A program made the translations under genes and the position numbers. The notes beneath the pieces are model-generated. The model searched no databases and was not told where the DNA came from. It worked only from the letters and a program-made list of their open reading frames with translations. Below, in pieces: positions 8,054-12,415 of a DNA stretch of 12,415 nucleotides (position 1 is its first letter; every line of letters begins with the position of its first letter). Source of the DNA: a virus (lineage: Duplodnaviria; Heunggongvirae; Uroviricota; Caudoviricetes); IMG/VR virus record IMGVR_UViG_2609459834_000014; one strand, 5' to 3'.

Positions 8054-8248
8054 GGTAACAGGTGAAACAGGTGGAACAACCGTATTTTACAGGGCTGAAC
8101 CTGTTCCACCTTCTGAAATAGTGAGGTGGAACAGATGTAACGCCAGCCAATCCGCTGTTCCACCTTGTTACCCGCGATGTTCCACCGGTGCAGTGTATAT
8201 AAATTCCTTATAAAACAAAGCTGTAACACATGTTTCACCTGTTCCACC
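8054..8248. repeat. Iteron cluster, probable satellite origin of replication
   Basis: Eight copies of the 9-mer TGTT(C/T)CACC or its complement GGTG(G/A)AACA: 8061-8069, 8070-8078, 8102-8110, 8125-8133, 8156-8164, 8178-8186, 8231-8239, 8240-8248. Related GGTAACA/TGTTACC copies at 8054-8060 and 8166-8172, and an AT-rich tract at 8192-8220. The motif is close to the TGTTCACC iterons I recall for the P4 origin. Confidence 0.7.
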
Positions 8249-8426
8249 GCATCAGGGACATAAAGCAGACTGAAACAGAGGGCATTTTTATCTGGCTGGC
8301 TTTCATAGCCACGTCTGAATAACCGCAAGCGCCCGTTGTGCCAGCCACCACACACTGAACACCGATAGTGTGCTTGTGTCAGCCACGACACAATTGACGT
8401 AACGAACCAACCCGACAGGAGAAGTC

Positions 8427-9170
8427 ATGAACAACACCGCAGTAAATAACAACCTTTCCACTTTTCCGGCTGTAACGCAGCGGGCACTGGAAACCATGAA
8501 CACAGCCAGAAACGCATGGCTTGAAGCACGTCGTCAGCAGAAAGCGGCAGCGGATAATATTGCGACAATCCGCCAGCGTCGCGCTGAAATGGAAGCCACG
8601 ACGAACACACTGAATGAGGAGTGGCGCACGCTGTTTCGTGAAAGTCAGGGCGTGGTCTCAAAGGAAATGAAAAAACTGCGCACGGAAATTGCGCTGGGAC
8701 GAGAAACGCTTGAGGATTTTGATGAGCTGCTGGCGGCTCAGGAAAGCGAAAATGCACTTTTGCCGCAGAAAGCTGCAGAATTAGCCGGAAAGTATATCCA
8801 CGCGCATAACATTCTTGTGGATATTCGCGCAAAACAAATCTGGGAGGATTTTATGCAGTCGCATGGAAAAGCGCTTATTCAGACGCTGAGCCTGCTTAAA
8901 TCCACAATGGGCCGGGAAGCCAGTGCCGTTGTGGGTGTGGTGAATTCAGTTAATGACCCGGACACAGTGCTGAAAGACTTTATTCATAAACATATCACCA
9001 GACCGGCTCTGGCTAACGATGCGATGCCTGAGCAGGACCCGGTGTTTAAACTGGCGGGAGTTGCCCCGGATTATGCGGCGCGTCTGGATTTCAGTAATCA
9101 ACTCTCTCCGGCAGCTATGCATAAAATTAAGGTTCGTCAGGAACTTGCTGAGAAGGAGAAAGCAGTATGA
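8427..9170 (+). CDS. Hypothetical satellite protein, 247 aa, helical and charge-rich
   Basis: ATG at 8427 with AGGAG (8417-8421) at 5-nt spacing. Composition rich in A/E/K/R/L suggests long helices. First gene of a three-gene co-directional unit that ends with the Ogr/Delta-like gene. Confidence 0.7.
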   Translation: MNNTAVNNNLSTFPAVTQRALETMNTARNAWLEARRQQKAAADNIATIRQRRAEMEATTNTLNEEWRTLFRESQGVVSKEMKKLRTEIALGRETLEDFDELLAAQESENALLPQKAAELAGKYIHAHNILVDIRAKQIWEDFMQSHGKALIQTLSLLKSTMGREASAVVGVVNSVNDPDTVLKDFIHKHITRPALANDAMPEQDPVFKLAGVAPDYAARLDFSNQLSPAAMHKIKVRQELAEKEKAV

Positions 9171-9718
9171 CGGCCCGAGGCACGCCTGACCAGGCACTTA
9201 CCAGTTTTCGGAATGCCCGTATTCTGTGGGCCGGACATAATGAGAGCCGAAAAGCCGTTGAACAACAGATAACATCTCTCCTCGCTGCCACAGAAAAACC
9301 AGCAGATTATGCCCGACAGCTCGAATTACTGCGGGAACGTCTGGATGTGCTGAAATGGCAAATTAACTGTGCTGCGCGCGAATGCATTTACTCGCAGCAT
9401 TTACTGATGGAGGCCTGCACAGAAGCCGCTCTCAGCAATTTTATGCAGGCGAATGGGGCAGCCCTGACATCTGCACTGGCTCCATTCCTGAAGGGGCGCG
9501 GAGGGGTTGACGTTGCGTCCCGTATATTACGCAGTGCTCTGGTTCGCCAGCTGGCAATAACACCGCCTGAAATTGCCGGGGATTATCGTGAGATCCTGGA
9601 TGAATCCGGTTTGATGCCTGACCCCGGGATGATTCGTGATTGCCAGGGTTCTTACACCCCGGCACAACATCTGCGTTTTCAGCAACGCCTGAATGACATT
9701 AACGATATACAGGAGTGA
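9167..9718 (+). CDS. Hypothetical satellite protein, 183 aa
   Basis: ATG at 9167 overlaps the upstream stop (ATGA); AGGAG at 9154-9158. Same composition as its neighbours. Confidence 0.65.
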   Translation: MTARGTPDQALTSFRNARILWAGHNESRKAVEQQITSLLAATEKPADYARQLELLRERLDVLKWQINCAARECIYSQHLLMEACTEAALSNFMQANGAALTSALAPFLKGRGGVDVASRILRSALVRQLAITPPEIAGDYREILDESGLMPDPGMIRDCQGSYTPAQHLRFQQRLNDINDIQE

Positions 9719-9723
9719 TATTA

Positions 9724-9996
9724 ATGGCACTTAAATGTCCGGAATGCGGTACAGTTGCACACGCCAGAACAGCAGCCTATGAAGCTCCGTCAGTTAAACG
9801 CTCGTGGTATCAGTGCCAGAATCTGGAATGTTCCTGCACATTTACGGCACTGGAGAGTGTGGATAAGATAATCATGAAACCCCGGCGCAATGAACAGCTA
9901 TCAGACAAAGCACAATCCCCGGAAAAACAACAGCAAACACTTAATCGCTATGGCTCCGCGTCAAAACTGTCAAGCCGTCAGCAGATTCCTGTCTGA
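9724..9996 (+). CDS. Ogr/Delta-family zinc-finger late-gene transcriptional activator
   Basis: ATG at 9724 with AGGAG (9711-9715) at 8-nt spacing. The N-terminus has the exact Ogr/Delta spacing Cys5-x2-Cys8-x22-Cys31-x4-Cys36 (MALKCPECG...YQCQNLEC) with a conserved HART-like tract (AHART). The GTG at 9715 in the ORF track lies inside the ribosome-binding site and is not the start. Confidence 0.8.
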   Translation: MALKCPECGTVAHARTAAYEAPSVKRSWYQCQNLECSCTFTALESVDKIIMKPRRNEQLSDKAQSPEKQQQTLNRYGSASKLSSRQQIPV

Positions 9997-10018
9997 TTAG
10001 AAAGAACGCCCACGTAAT

Positions 10019-10043
10019 CCCGGTCCAGTACCGGGATTTTTTA
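10019..10043 (+). terminator. Rho-independent terminator after the Ogr/Delta-like gene
   Basis: Hairpin CCCGG (10019-10023), loop TCCAGTA, CCGGG (10031-10035), then ATTTTTTAT (10036-10044), 23 bp after the stop codon. Confidence 0.6.
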
Positions 10044-10060
10044 TCCCCTTTTCCTGGCTG

Positions 10061-10182
10061 GCATGAGAGCGAATGAGTGCATGTCTATGGCGCATGAAAA
10101 CGCATGAGTCTTATGCACCATTTTTGACGAGAAAACCCTTGTTTGGTGGCTTCTGAGACGATTTATGAGGTGCATGAAAACC
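10061..10182. repeat. Cluster of short direct repeats, GCATGA(G/A) family, in non-coding DNA
   Basis: GCATGAG at 10061-10067 and 10102-10108; AATGAGTGCATG at 10072-10083; GCATGAAAAC at 10092-10101 and 10172-10181. Function unknown; lies between the terminator and the AT-rich cargo gene. Confidence 0.3.
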
Positions 10183-10423
10183 AGTCTGTTAAGCGAAGCG
10201 GGCAGGCGTGCGGGGCTGCGCACGGAGGCGGAATAAATAGTAATGCTATGGATGCTGGGCACACATAGATAAGAGGTTTACAAATAGTATGCTTGTTGTC
10301 GTAACTGATAGGGGTCTATCAAAATCAGAAATCAAAAACAGTATTTCGTGTAATTTATAGAATTTTCACAGAAAACATATACAATCGTTTCTGATACAGG
10401 AGTCTGATTAAGTTGGGATTATT

Positions 10424-12415
10424 ATGGCCATTCAAAAAAAACAAACAAAAAATTCTGAAAGAAGTATTAAAAGCCAGTTAGAAAAACTTACGGCTGAAAA
10501 AGCCATTTCCGAATATATTTGGAATGCTTTTGATGCTGAAGCCACAAATATTAATATTACAGTTATCCCAAATGGTTTAAGTGGGATATCTTCAATAGAA
10601 ATTATTGATGATGGAACTGGCATCGATTTTAATGAAGTCGATGAAACTTTCGGGCAGTTTTTAGATTCCAAGAAGAAAGCAAAACGAACGCCTGTCACAA
10701 GAGGACATAAAGGTAAGGGGCGGTTTTCATTCTGTAAATTCGCTGATAAAGCCGAATGGACTAGCTGGCGTAATGGAGAGAAATTTACGCTAACTATAGT
10801 TTCATCACATCTAAATGAATATGAGCATTCAGATTTATCCATGTGCTCTCATAAAAATTCTGGAACTAAGGTGGTCTTTAATCCTGTAACAATTACTGAA
10901 GATTATTTTAATTCAATAGTTATACCCTATTTGCAGAACGATATATCTTGGCTGTTGGTGGCCAAACCAAAATTAAAATTAAAAATAAACGGTCAATCTA
11001 TTAGCCCAATAGGATATGCTTCAACTTCAAATAATATTGAATTTGGAGAGGTCGATTTTAATTCGAAAACAGTTATATGGTCTAGTAAACCTGTAGTAGA
11101 AAAATCATATATATATTATTTAAATAATCAAGGTGATATTGTTTACAAAGAGTTTTCTGAGATGAACAAAAAAGGATTTGATTGTTCATCCTATGTCACA
11201 TCAAGTTGGTTTGATGATTTTTCTGAATCAAACGACTTGTTTAATGAATCGAAAAACAGTGTTGACTCAGATATTTTTAAATACATTAGTCTACATGTTA
11301 AAGGTAATTTAAGGGAAGAGTATAGAAAATATAAAAATAATGCGGCAGATCAACTCATTCAAAACTATTTAAATGAGGGTGTGTTTCCAGAATATAAAGG
11401 TGAGAATAGAATGCTCAATGAATTTAAAAGGAATCAACTCATTGAAACTATAAAGATAATTTATGAGGCCGAACCTCAAATTTTCTCCACACTAAACAAG
11501 AAACAAAAAAAAATCTTAATTAAACTATTAGATAGAATTGTTGAAACCAATAATTTATCCAGTCTCTTTGACATTTTTGAAGGTATAGTTTCCCTATCCG
11601 AAGATGAGGTTGATAAACTTTCATCTGTAATAAAAAGAAGTTCACTTTCTAATATTACGAGGACTTTGTCATTTATTAATGATAGACTGGATGTTATTGA
11701 TTATTTTAAAAAAATACTATATGAGAAAAAGAAAGAATCATATGAAGTAAAGCACATTCAAAAGAGCATAGAAAATAATTTATGGCTTTTTGGAGAGCAA
11801 TACACTCTAGTTGCATCAGAAGATGATAAGTTTGATAAAGCTCTTAGAAAGTATCTGGAGAAGACTAAAGGTTTTAACGAAGCACATTATAATAAGTATA
11901 GTGTACAGCATCCAGATAAAAATAAAGAAATGGATATATTTGCAGCACAAAAAATAAAGCGTTACACTGAAAATAATGAAGAATATTTTCATTGCATTGT
12001 GATTGAATTAAAGAAACCAAGTATAAAACTCGGTGATGAAGAACTCGCACAAATAAAGTTATATAAAAATATAATATCTGCGACTGATGAATTTAAAGAC
12101 GATAATACAAAATGGGATTTTATTTTAGTGGGAAATGATATGTCTAATAGCAATATCACTGCTGCAAATTTATCATCAGATCTAGAAACGAATAAAATAC
12201 ATGGTGAGTTTGGCTTGGTTCAAAAAACAACAAATATGAAAATTTACGTCAAAACGTGGAAGCAAATTTTAAATGAGTATGATCTTAGATATAACGACCT
12301 GATCGATAAGCTTAAGTTGAAAGAGTTAGAAATTGCAGAAGATATGGGGCCTGATGAACTCACGGCAAAAATTTTAGAAAAAACGGCAAGACTTCCGACT
12401 TCGATACAGGCTTAG
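10424..12415 (+). CDS. GHKL (Bergerat-fold) ATPase-domain protein with a C-terminal PD-(D/E)xK-like signature; candidate anti-phage or accessory effector of unknown family
   Basis: 663-aa ORF, ATG at 10424 and stop at 12413-12415, which is the last codon of the window. About 30% G+C by eye. All three GHKL motifs are in order: N-box E30-x3-N34-x2-D37-A38 (EYIWNAFDA, from nt 10511), G1 box D62-D-G-T-G66 (nt 10607-10621), G2 box G94-HK-G97-K-G99 (nt 10703-10720). C-terminal D504 ... E528-L-K530 (EMDIF-x-IVIELKKP, nt 11933-12013) fits a PD-(D/E)xK core. Family and function are not recognised. Confidence 0.75.
   Translation: MAIQKKQTKNSERSIKSQLEKLTAEKAISEYIWNAFDAEATNINITVIPNGLSGISSIEIIDDGTGIDFNEVDETFGQFLDSKKKAKRTPVTRGHKGKGRFSFCKFADKAEWTSWRNGEKFTLTIVSSHLNEYEHSDLSMCSHKNSGTKVVFNPVTITEDYFNSIVIPYLQNDISWLLVAKPKLKLKINGQSISPIGYASTSNNIEFGEVDFNSKTVIWSSKPVVEKSYIYYLNNQGDIVYKEFSEMNKKGFDCSSYVTSSWFDDFSESNDLFNESKNSVDSDIFKYISLHVKGNLREEYRKYKNNAADQLIQNYLNEGVFPEYKGENRMLNEFKRNQLIETIKIIYEAEPQIFSTLNKKQKKILIKLLDRIVETNNLSSLFDIFEGIVSLSEDEVDKLSSVIKRSSLSNITRTLSFINDRLDVIDYFKKILYEKKKESYEVKHIQKSIENNLWLFGEQYTLVASEDDKFDKALRKYLEKTKGFNEAHYNKYSVQHPDKNKEMDIFAAQKIKRYTENNEEYFHCIVIELKKPSIKLGDEELAQIKLYKNIISATDEFKDDNTKWDFILVGNDMSNSNITAANLSSDLETNKIHGEFGLVQKTTNMKIYVKTWKQILNEYDLRYNDLIDKLKLKELEIAEDMGPDELTAKILEKTARLPTSIQA

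Larger units (their letters stand above)
1082..12415. mobile_element. Integrated P4-like / PICI-like phage satellite at the 3' end of tRNA-Arg; left junction only, right end beyond window
   Basis: Gene order directly after the tRNA is integrase, AlpA regulator, primase-helicase, iteron origin, Ogr/Delta-type activator, then AT-rich cargo. There are no capsid, tail or lysis genes, which is the hallmark of a helper-dependent satellite. No direct repeat of the tRNA 3' end was seen inside the window, so attR is not captured. Confidence 0.75.

Noticed and set aside
8054-8248. Considered whether the short-repeat array could be a CRISPR array
   Set aside because: Repeats are only 9 bp, occur in both orientations and are irregularly spaced with no uniform spacers; this is an iteron pattern.
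7998-8391. ORFs 7998..8213 (+) and 8023..8391 (-) spanning the region after the primase
   Set aside because: The region is saturated with 9-bp iterons in both orientations and an AT-rich tract; the translations mostly encode the repeat, so it is better explained as origin DNA.
10041-10262. 73-aa - strand ORF in the non-coding stretch after the terminator
   Set aside because: No ribosome-binding site, Arg/Ser/His-rich translation, and it overlaps the repeat cluster and GC-rich hairpin; likely non-coding.
10432-10842. 136-aa - strand ORF antisense to the start of the GHKL ATPase gene
   Set aside because: It lies within a + strand ORF with canonical ATPase motifs; the AT-rich sequence yields a stop-free antisense frame by chance.

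Overview
This window is the tRNA-Arg (argW) integration locus of an enterobacterial (E. coli-like) chromosome. The host gene yfdC (1..933) and tRNA-Arg(CCT) (about 1009..1081) are followed by an integrated P4-like / PICI-like phage satellite that runs to the window end; its right boundary (attR) is not visible. The island reads, all on the + strand unless noted: tyrosine integrase, an AT-rich orphan ORF of 293 aa, an AlpA-family regulator, a small ribbon-helix-helix-like ORF on the - strand, an Icd-like small protein, three overlapping small hypotheticals, a large primase-helicase (zinc ribbon, TOPRIM, Walker A), a cluster of eight 9-bp iterons that is the probable origin, two coupled hypotheticals, an Ogr/Delta-type zinc-finger activator, a rho-independent terminator, a repeat-rich non-coding stretch, and a 663-aa AT-rich cargo gene. 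That last gene is the strongest candidate for an undescribed system: it has a textbook GHKL (Bergerat-fold) ATPase N-terminus and a C-terminal D-x23-E-x-K signature resembling a PD-(D/E)xK nuclease, and sits where satellites carry anti-phage cargo. Its function is inferred from motifs and context only, and any partner genes would lie beyond the window. All calls come from reading the sequence and ORF translations; no database search was run.
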